Assembly: GCA_045596865.1 (NCBI GenBank)
Contig: JAZODF010000074.1
Coordinates: 24,407-88,406, forward strand
DNA from: Eubacteriales bacterium
GTDB taxonomy: Bacteria; Bacillota; Clostridia; Oscillospirales; CAG-272
DNA length: 64,000 nucleotides
Reading direction: 5' to 3'
Shown: positions 18,288 through 27,549 of the stretch, one piece after another
How the letters are laid out: each line of letters begins with the position of its first letter
Numbering within the stretch: the first letter of the stretch is position 1
Program-made: the position numbers and the translations under genes
Notes under the pieces: model-generated
Told to the model about the DNA's origin: nothing
The model's input: only the letters and a program-made list of their open reading frames with translations
Database searches by the model: none

Positions 18288-18690
18288 GATTTTGCCGCCC
18301 TCACTCGCGGCGCCGACGGGCGTAAGCCGCCGCGATTGTGTAATCTCACGTTGTCATTTTGTACCCCGATTTTTTGCCTAAGCCCGACCCTGTGTCGCGT
18401 TTTACGGGGCTTTGCACCTCGTCTGCGCCTCGAGAGAGTAAGACGGTGAAAAAGGACAACAGAATGACTACGAAGGACGCTCAACGGGTGTAAAACCGCT
18501 CAAAAAACACCCCGAAAATCACGACACAGGGTGCGGTTTGAACGCCAAAAGCACCACGAAACGCGACACAGGGCAGGGCATAGTGCGACAAAAACAAACA
18601 CGCACGGATAAACCGCTCCGCACGCACCCACCGAAAACCAAAAGACGATTATTATTAAAACGCCGCGAAAAGCAGCAGGAGGAAATAAAT

Positions 18691-21321
18691 ATGAGAAAAG
18701 AGCTTGCCAAAAACTACAACCCCGGCGAGTTTGAGGACAGAATCTACGCCGAGTGGTGCGACAAAAACTACTTCGCACCCGACCCCGATCCGAAGAAGCC
18801 CGCCTTCTCGATCGTCATCCCCCCGCCAAACGTAACGGGACAGCTTCACATGGGTCACGCCCTTGACGAAACGCTGCAGGACATCATCGTCCGTACCCGC
18901 CGTATGCAGGGCTACTCCACCCTTTGGGTACCCGGCACCGACCACGCGGGCATCGCCACGCAGATCAAGGTTGAGGAGCACCTCCGCAAGAACGAGGGTC
19001 TCTCCCGCTATGACCTCGGCCGCGACAAATTCCTTGAGCGCGTCTGGGATTGGAAGCATCAGTACGGCGGCAGGATCATCAACCAGCTAAAGAAGCTCGG
19101 CTCCTCCTGTGACTGGTCGCGTGAGCGCTTCACGATGGACGAGGGCTGCTCCCGCGCGGTACGCGAGGTGTTCGTAAACCTCTATAACAAGGGCCTTATC
19201 TACCGCGGTCACCGTATCATCAATTGGTGCCCCCGTTGCCTCACCGCCCTCTCGGACGCGGAGGTCGAGTACAAGGATATGCCCGGTAACTTCTGGCACA
19301 TCAAGTACCCCGTCAAGGGTGAGGACGCCTACGTCGAGATTGCCACCACCCGCCCCGAGACCATGTTCGGTGACACCGCCGTCGCCGTCAACCCCGAGGA
19401 CGAGAACACCAAGCACCTCATCGGCAAGACCCTCATCCTGCCCATCGTCGGCAGGGAGATCCCCGTTGTCGCCGACGATTACGTCGAGATCGGCTTCGGT
19501 ACCGGTTGTGTAAAGATCACCCCCGCCCATGACCCGAACGACTTCCTCGTCGGTCAGCGCCACAACCTCGAGCACATCAAGGTAATGACCGCCGACGCCA
19601 CTATGAACGCATACGCGGGCAAGTACGAGGGCATGGATCGCTACGAGTGCCGTAAGGCGTTGGTAAAGGACCTCGAGGCAGAGGGCTACCTCGTCAAGAC
19701 AGAGCCCCACGACCACAACGTCGGCACCTGCTACCGTTGCGGCACCACGGTTGAGCCGCTCACCTCCGACCAGTGGTTCGTTAAGATGAAGCCGCTCGCC
19801 GCACCCGCGATCGAGGCGGTTGAAAACGGCACCGTTTCCTTCGTTCCCGAGAGATTCTCGAAGAACTACTTCAATTGGATGAACAACATCCTCGATTGGT
19901 GCATCTCCCGTCAGCTCTGGTGGGGTCACCGTATCCCCGCCTTCTACTGTGACGATTGCGGCCACATGGAGGTATCTAAGACCGACGTCGACACCTGCCC
20001 GAGGTGCGGCGGCAAGGTCCATCAGGAGGAGGACGTCCTCGACACCTGGTTCTCCTCGGCTCTCTGGCCCTTCTCGACGCTCGGCTGGCCCGACTCTACC
20101 GCAGACCTTGCGCGCTATTATCCGACCTCCACGCTCGTCACGGGCTACGATATCATCACCTTCTGGGTCTCCCGTATGATCTTCTCGGGTATCGAGCATG
20201 TTGGCAAGGCACCCTTCTCGAAGGTGTTCATCCACGGCCTCGTCCGCGACGCAAAGGGCAGAAAGATGTCCAAGTCGCTCGGCAACGGCATCGACCCGCT
20301 CCAGATCATCGACTCCTTCGGCGCGGATGCACTCCGCTTCGCGCTCACCACGGGTAACGCACCCGGCAACGATATGCGCTTCTCGGATGAGAAGATCGAG
20401 GCGGCGAGGAACTTTGCCAACAAGCTCTGGAACGCATCCCGCTTCGTTCTTATGAACCTCACCGAGAGTGACGAGGAGCTGCTCGCTCCCGTCGATGACG
20501 CCGACCTCGCACCCGAGGACAAGTGGGTCCTCTCTCGCCTCAACAAGACGGTCGGCTCGGTTTGCCAGAACTTCGAGAACTACGAGCTAGGCATCGCCCT
20601 ATCTGAGATCTATTCCTTCACTTGGGACACCTATTGCGACTGGTATATCGAAATGGCAAAGAGCCGCATCTTCGAGGGTGGCGCACCCGCCCTTACCGCG
20701 AAGCGCGTCCTCGTTAAGGTGCTCACCTCCATCCTGAAGCTCCTTCACCCCTATATGCCCTTCATCACCGAGGAGATCTATCAGGCTCTGCCTCACGCGG
20801 ACGAGTCGATAATGATCTCCGAGTACCCGAAATTTGACACGGGTATGGACTACACCGCCGCCGAGGAGGACGTCGAGCGTATCATCACCTGCATTACCGC
20901 CATCCGTGCGCGCCGCGCCGAGATGAACGTCCCCCCCTCGAAGAAGGCAAAGCTCTACGTCGTTTCCCGCTACGAGGACTCCTTCCGCACCGCGGAAAAG
21001 ATTCTCTTAAAGCTCGCAAGCGCGTCCGAGGTCATCCTCACCGACGCATACACCGCCGACGATGCGATCACCTTTGCCACCGACGCGGGCTCGCTCTATA
21101 TCCCCCTTGCCGAGGTCGTCGACCTTGATAAGGAGCGCGCAAGGCTCAAGGCAGAGCTCACCAAGACCGAGGGCGAGATCGAGCGCATCGAGAAGAAGCT
21201 CTCGAACGCAGGCTTCGTGTCCAAGGCACCCGCCGCCGTCGTCGACGGCGAGCGCGCAAAGCTCGGCAAGTACCGCGAAACCCGCGAGGCTATCCTCGCC
21301 GCCCTTGCAAAGCTCGGGTAA
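18691..21321 (+). CDS. valS: Valine--tRNA ligase
   Basis: Track ORF trimmed to the ATG at 18691 (AGGAGG 8 nt upstream). It has the HIGH-type motif [14 protein letters not shown], the KMSKS motif ([11 protein letters not shown]) and a C-terminal coiled coil. Confidence 0.95.
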   Translation: MRKELAKNYNPGEFEDRIYAEWCDKNYFAPDPDPKKPAFSIVIPPPNVTGQLHMGHALDETLQDIIVRTRRMQGYSTLWVPGTDHAGIATQIKVEEHLRKNEGLSRYDLGRDKFLERVWDWKHQYGGRIINQLKKLGSSCDWSRERFTMDEGCSRAVREVFVNLYNKGLIYRGHRIINWCPRCLTALSDAEVEYKDMPGNFWHIKYPVKGEDAYVEIATTRPETMFGDTAVAVNPEDENTKHLIGKTLILPIVGREIPVVADDYVEIGFGTGCVKITPAHDPNDFLVGQRHNLEHIKVMTADATMNAYAGKYEGMDRYECRKALVKDLEAEGYLVKTEPHDHNVGTCYRCGTTVEPLTSDQWFVKMKPLAAPAIEAVENGTVSFVPERFSKNYFNWMNNILDWCISRQLWWGHRIPAFYCDDCGHMEVSKTDVDTCPRCGGKVHQEEDVLDTWFSSALWPFSTLGWPDSTADLARYYPTSTLVTGYDIITFWVSRMIFSGIEHVGKAPFSKVFIHGLVRDAKGRKMSKSLGNGIDPLQIIDSFGADALRFALTTGNAPGNDMRFSDEKIEAARNFANKLWNASRFVLMNLTESDEELLAPVDDADLAPEDKWVLSRLNKTVGSVCQNFENYELGIALSEIYSFTWDTYCDWYIEMAKSRIFEGGAPALTAKRVLVKVLTSILKLLHPYMPFITEEIYQALPHADESIMISEYPKFDTGMDYTAAEEDVERIITCITAIRARRAEMNVPPSKKAKLYVVSRYEDSFRTAEKILLKLASASEVILTDAYTADDAITFATDAGSLYIPLAEVVDLDKERARLKAELTKTEGEIERIEKKLSNAGFVSKAPAAVVDGERAKLGKYRETREAILAALAKLG

Positions 21322-21352
21322 ATTTACTTGCTGACACAAATTGTAATTCTGC

Positions 21353-21515
21353 CTTCCCTAGCAAGGGAAGTGTGGAAGAGAGTTGCAAAGCAACTCGACG
21401 GATGAGTTGTCCGAGAGTGGTATTCTCGCCGACGCGAGAGTGGTATTTGTGCGCGTCGCACAAGTGATATTTTTGCTGCGCAAAAGTGATATTCCCACAA
21501 AGTGGGAGTGAATAA
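21353..21515 (+). repeat. Array of seven abutting mini-hairpins, the last four interleaved with five copies of AGTGRTATT
   Basis: Read directly; see the findings. It lies in the valS-LRR gene intergenic region and ends 12 nt before the ATG at 21528. Confidence 0.85.
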
Positions 21516-21527
21516 AAGAGAAATACT

Positions 21528-22445
21528 ATGGCTAACGAAAATGTAAACAATACTATACAAAACGAGGACGAGCTTCGCATCGTCTATCGCGGTGTGTACG
21601 AGGACACACCCGAGAACAGCACCGTTACTGTGGAGGAGGGAATGCTCGAGATAACCGAGAACGCCTTCCGCGATTTTGAAAACCTCACCGAGGTGATTCT
21701 GCCCCGCGGTCTTGAGAAGATCGGTGCCTGTGCCTTCGCGGGCTGCAAAAACCTGCGCCGCGTCGTGCTCCCCTACGGCCTTACCGAGATAGGCGACGAG
21801 GCCTTCTCCTCCTGCTCCTCGCTCACGGGCGTCACCATGCCCGACACGGTGAAAAGGGTTGGCGAGGGCGCGTTCGAGGCCTGTGTCAGCCTCACCCACC
21901 TGAAGCTATCCGAGAGCGTGTATATGATCGGCTCGGGCGCGTTTGCCTTCTGCTTCAACCTCACCGACATGACCGTCCCCGACAGCTGCGTGCTCGTCGA
22001 GTTCAACGCCTTTGCCTCCTGCTTCTCGCTCGAGGCGGTGCGCCTTTCGGCGAATATGGGCCTCATCGACGAGAACACCTTCGAGGGCTGTCGCTCACTG
22101 AAGATCGTCGACCTACCCGCACGCCTTCGCAAAATCGGTCGCGGCGCCTTTCGCGGGTGCACCTCGCTCGAATCGCTCATCCTTCCCGTCGGACTCGAAT
22201 CCATCGGCTACGACGCCTTCTCGGGCTGTACGGGGCTCCGTCGGATCGCCCTTCCGCGCGCCGTGCGCGAGATTGAGGACACCGACGCCTTCTCGGGCTG
22301 TGACTCGCTTGAGTGCATCTCCTACGGCGGTGACGAGGCGGGGTGGAATATGCTCCTTCGCGGCTCGACGCTCACCGTCACGCACACCGACCTCACCGTT
22401 TCCACACCAAAAATAATTTTTATGGACATTAAAGATGAAATATAA
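21528..22445 (+). CDS. BspA-type leucine-rich-repeat protein, no signal peptide
   Basis: 305 aa with about 22-23-aa repeats: ...IxxxAFxxCxxLxxVxLPxxLxxIGxxAF... (ITENAFRDFENLTEVILPRGLEKIGACAFAGCKNLRRVVLPYGLTEIGDEAFSSCSSL...). Confidence 0.8.
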   Translation: MANENVNNTIQNEDELRIVYRGVYEDTPENSTVTVEEGMLEITENAFRDFENLTEVILPRGLEKIGACAFAGCKNLRRVVLPYGLTEIGDEAFSSCSSLTGVTMPDTVKRVGEGAFEACVSLTHLKLSESVYMIGSGAFAFCFNLTDMTVPDSCVLVEFNAFASCFSLEAVRLSANMGLIDENTFEGCRSLKIVDLPARLRKIGRGAFRGCTSLESLILPVGLESIGYDAFSGCTGLRRIALPRAVREIEDTDAFSGCDSLECISYGGDEAGWNMLLRGSTLTVTHTDLTVSTPKIIFMDIKDEI

Positions 22446-23094
22446 ATGCCTCGTTCTCGATCACGACGATACCGTCGTTGACAGCACCGCAACCATACAT
22501 TACCCCTCCTTCATCGCCTACCTCGAGGACTATATGCCTGAGCGGGTCGGCGACTACACCCTCGACGTCTTCTTCAAGAAAAACTTCCACCCCGGCGTTC
22601 TCGAGCTGTTCCGCGACGAGCTTGGAATGAGTGATGAGCAAATGGCGCACGAGGAGGAATATTGGGTCAAATTCGTTGATAGCCGCATCCCCTCCGCCTA
22701 CGACGGAATCAGGGAGATAATTACCGATTTTCGCACACAGGGTGGCACTATCGCGGTTGTTTCCCACTCCTTCAAGCGGTATATCGAGCGGGATTACAGG
22801 CACAACGACCTGCCCATGCCCGACGTAATCTACGGCTGGGATATCCCGAAGGAAAATCGCAAGCCCTCCCCGTGGTGCATCCTCGACCTTGCAGACCGCC
22901 TCGGCATCCATCCGTCCGAGATTCTCGTCGTCGACGACCTGAAGCCGGGCTACGATATGGCACGCGCCGCGGGCGCGGTCTTTGCCGCCGCAGGCTGGGC
23001 AAACGATATCCCCGAGATTGAGGAGTTTATGCGCGCCAACTGCGACTACTACCTCAAAACGGTGGCCGACCTCGCCGCCCTCCTCGCTAAATAA
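22435..23094 (+). CDS. HAD-superfamily hydrolase (phosphatase)
   Basis: 219 aa. It has the DxD nucleophile motif LVLDHDDTVVDS, and later VVDDLKPGYDMARAAG. It overlaps the LRR gene by 11 nt. Confidence 0.75.
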   Translation: MKYKCLVLDHDDTVVDSTATIHYPSFIAYLEDYMPERVGDYTLDVFFKKNFHPGVLELFRDELGMSDEQMAHEEEYWVKFVDSRIPSAYDGIREIITDFRTQGGTIAVVSHSFKRYIERDYRHNDLPMPDVIYGWDIPKENRKPSPWCILDLADRLGIHPSEILVVDDLKPGYDMARAAGAVFAAAGWANDIPEIEEFMRANCDYYLKTVADLAALLAK

Positions 23095-23223
23095 TCTTAA
23101 CGAAAATCAACGCCGCACCTCTCGCTTTTTTGCGGCGCACTATTCCTTACGGCGGTGCTTTTGACGCGGAGTACGCACCCCTCTTATCAGGAGTACACCC
23201 CTATTTATCACAAGGAAAACGAA

Positions 23224-23919
23224 ATGAAATCCACAAGCAAAAACTATTCGAGGCTCGGCCTCGCTATATCAGCCGCGGTGAAATTCGCCGTCGGCGTTGT
23301 GCTCGTCGGGGCGCTACTGTTCGTTCCCGCGGGCGGCCTTGATTATTTTAACGGCTGGCTATTTCTCGGCCTCCTGTTTTTGCCGATGCTCCTCCTCGGC
23401 GCGGTCCTTCTGATCAAAGCCCCCGACCTGCTTAAAAGCCGCCTCTCCGCCAAGGAGGGCGAGAAAACCCAGCGTGCCGTCGTTGCCGTGTCGGGGCTAT
23501 TGTTCATCGCGGGCTTCGTCGTTGCGGGGCTCGACCACCGCTTCGGCTGGACGGATATGCCGCTGTGGGCGGTGATAGTCGGCTCGGTCGTCCTGCTCGT
23601 CTCCTACGCCCTCTATGCCGAGGTGATGCGCGAGAACGCCTACCTCTCCCGCACCGTCGAGGTCAGGGAAGGACAACGGGTCGTCGACACCGGCCTCTAC
23701 GGCATCCTCCGCCACCCGATGTATGCGGTGACGGTCTGGCTCTTCCTCTCGATTCCCGTGGTGCTCGGCTCGCTGTGGGCGGTCCTCTGCTTCTTGCCAT
23801 ATATCGCACTGATCGTTGTCCGAATCCTGAACGAGGAGCGCGTGCTCACCGCCTCGCTCGACGGCTACACCGAGTATAAGACCCGCGTAAAATACCGCCT
23901 GATCCCGTTTATCTGGTGA
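23224..23919 (+). CDS. Isoprenylcysteine carboxyl methyltransferase (ICMT)/phospholipid methyltransferase-family membrane protein
   Basis: Track ORF trimmed to the ATG at 23224 (MKSTSKNYSRLGL...). It is a multi-TM protein. The C-terminal family motif is GLYGILRHPMYAVTVWLFLSIP. Confidence 0.7.
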   Translation: MKSTSKNYSRLGLAISAAVKFAVGVVLVGALLFVPAGGLDYFNGWLFLGLLFLPMLLLGAVLLIKAPDLLKSRLSAKEGEKTQRAVVAVSGLLFIAGFVVAGLDHRFGWTDMPLWAVIVGSVVLLVSYALYAEVMRENAYLSRTVEVREGQRVVDTGLYGILRHPMYAVTVWLFLSIPVVLGSLWAVLCFLPYIALIVVRILNEERVLTASLDGYTEYKTRVKYRLIPFIW

Positions 23920-24052
23920 TCTCGTCTTACCCCGCGCCCCCGTCGGCGTATGTGCCGCAAAGACGAGCAAAAACCCGATAAGTGTGGGGGCGTGTTAAAT
24001 TTCCGCGCATTTTCCCCGCTGAGCATTATCGAAAACCGAATTAATTTCCTAT

Positions 24053-24090
24053 GGCGAAATGCAAATAGTTGTTTGCATTTCGCCTTTTTC
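24053..24090 (+). terminator. Strong intrinsic terminator
   Basis: 13-bp perfect stem GGCGAAATGCAAA (24053-24065) / TTTGCATTTCGCC (24072-24084), 6-nt loop, then TTTTTC. Confidence 0.7.
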
Positions 24091-24180
24091 TCGTGTAATG
24101 ACGGGCCATTCTCCCGCGCGGGGGGTGGGGCGTGGCAGGGCGGGAAGAAAAAATAGAGCAAATTAAGTTACAAAAACCGC

Positions 24181-24209
24181 TTGACAACGCGTGTAAAGCA
24201 TATTACAAT
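24181..24209 (+). promoter_or_regulatory. Sigma-A-type promoter of the GH38 locus
   Basis: TTGACA (24181-24186), 17-nt spacer, TACAAT (24204-24209). It is followed by an A/C-rich leader of about 165 nt. Confidence 0.6.
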
Positions 24210-24375
24210 TATTGATAGGGAGGCGACTGCATCACCCGCGCGTCGAATTAGCCGCGATTTGCAGACAAACGCCCACCCAAAACGACAAAATGAATCAAAA
24301 ACCTACCGTAAATTTAATTGAAATCAACCGCAATCTAAACCAAAACCAACCGCATAAGCTGATTTGGAGGTAAAA

Positions 24376-27309
24376 ATGCTACAGGACAGACAGATTGACA
24401 GAATGATAATGAAGATGAAGCGGCTCCGCGAAATGTACGAGGCACATCTCGTCACCGAGGTTATTAACCCCGCCGTCACCGTTGACAAGGGCGGCGAAAA
24501 ATTCCCCATCGAGGAGGGTATGCTCTGGGGCACGGACTTCGGCACCGCGGTCTTCTCCTTTACCGTCGAGGGGATAGACGAGGGCGAGAAATACTACCTC
24601 AACGTTGAAACGGGCTCGCCCGAGCACCTCGTTTCGGTAAACGGCAGAAAGGTCGGTATGCTCGACTACATTAACCCCGCCGACGCCTTCGAGCCACCCG
24701 CAAGAACGCACCGCTATATGCTCCTCGACGGGCTGAAAAACGGCGACCTCGTCGAGCTCGAGGCGTACTATTCCCACGTCCTGCCGGGTATTCATCCGTA
24801 TGACAAGCCGTTCACCTTCTCCTACTCCTCCTTGAAGCCCGACCGCCCCTTCGAGTACATCCACCTCGTGCGGCTGAACGGCCCGCTCTACGTCCTGAAT
24901 GAGAAAATGACCCTCCTTGAGCAGCTCTACGCCTCCGAGGAGGACGGCTATGCCCGTGCTCACATCGAGAAAACCTATATCGAGCTGTTCAAGCTACTCC
25001 CCGCCGACGAGGTCATCCCCTCGGACGAGGTGCTCCTTGCCGCCGCGGACCTTATCGACAGGCTCTTTGAGGGCGGTCGCAAGCTCCCCTACGTCGGCAT
25101 CATCGGTCACTCGCACCTCGATACCGCCTGGCTCTGGACGGTTGACGAAACCCGCCGCAAGCTGATGCGCACCGTCGCAAACGCGGTCGAAATGCTCCGC
25201 CGCCACCCCGAATACAAGTTCTTTATGTCCACCGTTCTCTACCTCAAATGGATCGAGGAGGCCGACCCCGTCCTCTTCGCCGAGGTCGAGAAGTATATAA
25301 AAGAGGGAAGATTCGAGGTCAACGGCGCAACCTGGGTAGAGTGTGACGGCAACCTCACGGGCTCGGAGGCTTTCTGCCGTCAATTCATCCGCGGCAAGCG
25401 CTATCTGCGCGAGAAATTCGGCTACGAATCGAACACCTTCTGGCTGCCCGACACCTTCGGCTATTCCGCCGCCCTGCCGCAGATCATGAAGAAAAGCGGC
25501 GTCGATTACTTCCTTACCACCAAGCTCTCCTGGAACGATATGAACCGCTTCCCCTACGAGACCTTCACCTGGCGCGGCATAGACGGCAGCACCGTCCCCG
25601 TCCACTTTACCACCATCGCGACCTGGGCGGACGAGGAATCGATAACCAAGCGCCTCTCTGACATCCACAACAAGCGCGACTGCGACAGCGTCTTGATGGC
25701 ATACGGCTTCGGTGACGGCGGTGGCGGCCCCTCCGAGGAGATGGTCAGCCGTGCGATCTACACCGAAAAGCACGCCACCCGCGCCGTGGTCGAGCACACC
25801 ACCGTCTCCGACTTTATGGAGAGGATAAGCTCTAAAGAGCTTCCCGAGTATTTCGGCGAGCTGTATCTCGAGCTGCACCGCGGCACCTATACCACGAATC
25901 ACGATATGAAAATGTATAACCGCCGCCTTGAGGAGGCGCTCCACGATGCCGAGCTCATCTCGGTTATGAAGGGCGATAAGGGCGCGAAGGCAATGACCGA
26001 CGCCCTCTACGATACCCTGATGCTCAACCAGTTCCACGATATCCTCCCCGGCACCTGCATCGCCGAGGCAACCGACGTCGCCCTCGAGGAGCAGAGGGCC
26101 GCCCTCGCCGAGGCGCGCGCCTACACCTCGGGCAAGGGTAAGCGCGGCAAGCGCGCCTACTTCAACACCCTCCCGCACGCCCGCACCGAGATCCTCCCGA
26201 CCGATAAGGGACAGGAGTACGACGCCCTCGACGGCAGGCGCACCGTCGCCCCCTACAAATTCGACGGCATCGGCTACGGCAGGCGACAGAAGCCCACGGG
26301 CAATATCCCCTTCACGGTCGACGGCGACAGGGTGATCACCCCCTTCGTCGAGGCAACCTTTACCGAAGGTAAAATCTCCTCGCTCGTCTACCGCGGCCGC
26401 GAGCTGGCGAAGGGCGGCCTCCACCTTATCAAGGCGTACGAGGACGTCCCCCTAATCTACGATAACTGGGACGTCGACGCGGATTACAGAATGAAGGAAA
26501 AGCCCGTCCGCTTCCTCGGTCGCGAGGTCGTATCGGTCGGCGAATACCTGCTCGTTTTGCGTATCACCCACGCCATTGCCGATAATTCCACCCTCGTCAC
26601 CGACGTAAAATTCCGCTTCGACAGCCCCGAGATAGAGTTTGAAAACCGCCTCGTCGCGGGCGACCTTCATACCCTCATCCGTGCGGAGCACGATACCACC
26701 CTCTTCACCCAGTCCTACCGCTGTGAAACACAGTTTGGCAACCTCGTTCGCAACACCTATCCGAGGGATAAGAGCGACCTCGCCAAATTCGAGGTATGCG
26801 CCCACAAGTGGACCGACCTTTCGGAGGCGGGCATTGGCATCTCGATGCTCTCCGACGTCAAATACGGCGTGTCCTGTCAGGGCGGCCGCCTTGGTATCAC
26901 CCTGCACAAATCGGGTACCGCTCCCGACGCGCGCGGCGACCTTGGCGAGCATTTCTTCCGCTACGCCATCTATCCTCACGAGGGCGGCCTCTCGATGGAC
27001 ACCGTCCGCCGCGGATACGATTTCAACTACCGCCCCATCCGCACGAGCCACGGCGACCTCGCGGCACCCTTCACCCTCACGGGTGACGGCAGCGTAATCC
27101 TCGAAACCGTCAAGCACGGCGAGGACGACGGCATCATCCTCCGCCTCTACGAGGCGCTCGGTGCAACCTCGACGGTCACCCTCGGTTCGGGCGGCGCCGA
27201 GATCATCCTCACCAACATCCTCGAGGACGAGGTGGAATCGCTCGGCAGGGATGAAATATCCCTAACCCTCTCGCCGTTTGAGATAAAGACGGTGAAGATA
27301 AAAGGCTAA
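24376..27309 (+). CDS. GH38 alpha-mannosidase (cytoplasmic type)
   Basis: Start set at the ATG at 24376 (GGAGG 6 nt upstream). It is 977 aa. The GH38 catalytic N-domain block is VGIIGHSHLDTAWLWTVDETRRK. Later blocks are WLPDTFGYSAALPQI and YLELHRGTYTT. Confidence 0.88.
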   Translation: MLQDRQIDRMIMKMKRLREMYEAHLVTEVINPAVTVDKGGEKFPIEEGMLWGTDFGTAVFSFTVEGIDEGEKYYLNVETGSPEHLVSVNGRKVGMLDYINPADAFEPPARTHRYMLLDGLKNGDLVELEAYYSHVLPGIHPYDKPFTFSYSSLKPDRPFEYIHLVRLNGPLYVLNEKMTLLEQLYASEEDGYARAHIEKTYIELFKLLPADEVIPSDEVLLAAADLIDRLFEGGRKLPYVGIIGHSHLDTAWLWTVDETRRKLMRTVANAVEMLRRHPEYKFFMSTVLYLKWIEEADPVLFAEVEKYIKEGRFEVNGATWVECDGNLTGSEAFCRQFIRGKRYLREKFGYESNTFWLPDTFGYSAALPQIMKKSGVDYFLTTKLSWNDMNRFPYETFTWRGIDGSTVPVHFTTIATWADEESITKRLSDIHNKRDCDSVLMAYGFGDGGGGPSEEMVSRAIYTEKHATRAVVEHTTVSDFMERISSKELPEYFGELYLELHRGTYTTNHDMKMYNRRLEEALHDAELISVMKGDKGAKAMTDALYDTLMLNQFHDILPGTCIAEATDVALEEQRAALAEARAYTSGKGKRGKRAYFNTLPHARTEILPTDKGQEYDALDGRRTVAPYKFDGIGYGRRQKPTGNIPFTVDGDRVITPFVEATFTEGKISSLVYRGRELAKGGLHLIKAYEDVPLIYDNWDVDADYRMKEKPVRFLGREVVSVGEYLLVLRITHAIADNSTLVTDVKFRFDSPEIEFENRLVAGDLHTLIRAEHDTTLFTQSYRCETQFGNLVRNTYPRDKSDLAKFEVCAHKWTDLSEAGIGISMLSDVKYGVSCQGGRLGITLHKSGTAPDARGDLGEHFFRYAIYPHEGGLSMDTVRRGYDFNYRPIRTSHGDLAAPFTLTGDGSVILETVKHGEDDGIILRLYEALGATSTVTLGSGGAEIILTNILEDEVESLGRDEISLTLSPFEIKTVKIKG

Positions 27310-27326
27310 TCACGCAAATACCCGCT

Positions 27327-27365
27327 ATGCGGACCCGATTTTCGTCGGGTCCGCATCGTTTTTTT
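27327..27365 (+). terminator. Intrinsic terminator after the GH38 gene
   Basis: 12-bp stem ATGCGGACCCGA (27327-27338) / TCGGGTCCGCAT (27345-27356), followed by cgTTTTTTT. Confidence 0.8.
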
Positions 27366-27432
27366 GCCATCGCTAAAACCAAAAATAGGCAAAATGACCA
27401 AAAATTATTTATACATAAATCTTTTAAAATCA

Positions 27433-27462
27433 TTGACACCCACGCGCTAAAAGTTATATAAT
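27433..27462 (+). promoter_or_regulatory. Sigma-A-type promoter
   Basis: TTGACA (27433-27438), 18-nt spacer, TATAAT (27457-27462). Confidence 0.55.
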
Positions 27463-27549
27463 GGAGATGTTGATCAGAGTAATTTTTGGCACCTTGTGCA
27501 ATTGATACAAAGATGAAAATTCAATATGTGCAGAAAGGACAAAACACGG

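Noticed and set aside
18231-18449. 72-aa ORF starting inside the T-box sequence
   Set aside because: It begins within the conserved T-box/terminator and continues through repeat elements. It has no RBS and an implausible composition.
24192-24207. cre-like or LacI-operator-like palindrome TGTAAAGCATATTACA overlapping the -10 of the GH38 promoter
   Set aside because: Only the outer TGTAA/TTACA arms are palindromic. It lacks the central CG of the CcpA cre consensus and is 16 rather than 14 nt. It cannot be distinguished from chance overlap with an AT-rich promoter.
24270-24360. A/C-rich, G-poor leaders upstream of several genes as a possible shared regulatory element
   Set aside because: Similar leaders lie at 18590-18680, 29130-29194 and 37350-37480. 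They share composition, and one has a local 12-bp duplication (AACCACCGAAAC x2 at 29146-29169). I could find no common motif. They are likely just unstructured leaders that favour translation initiation.
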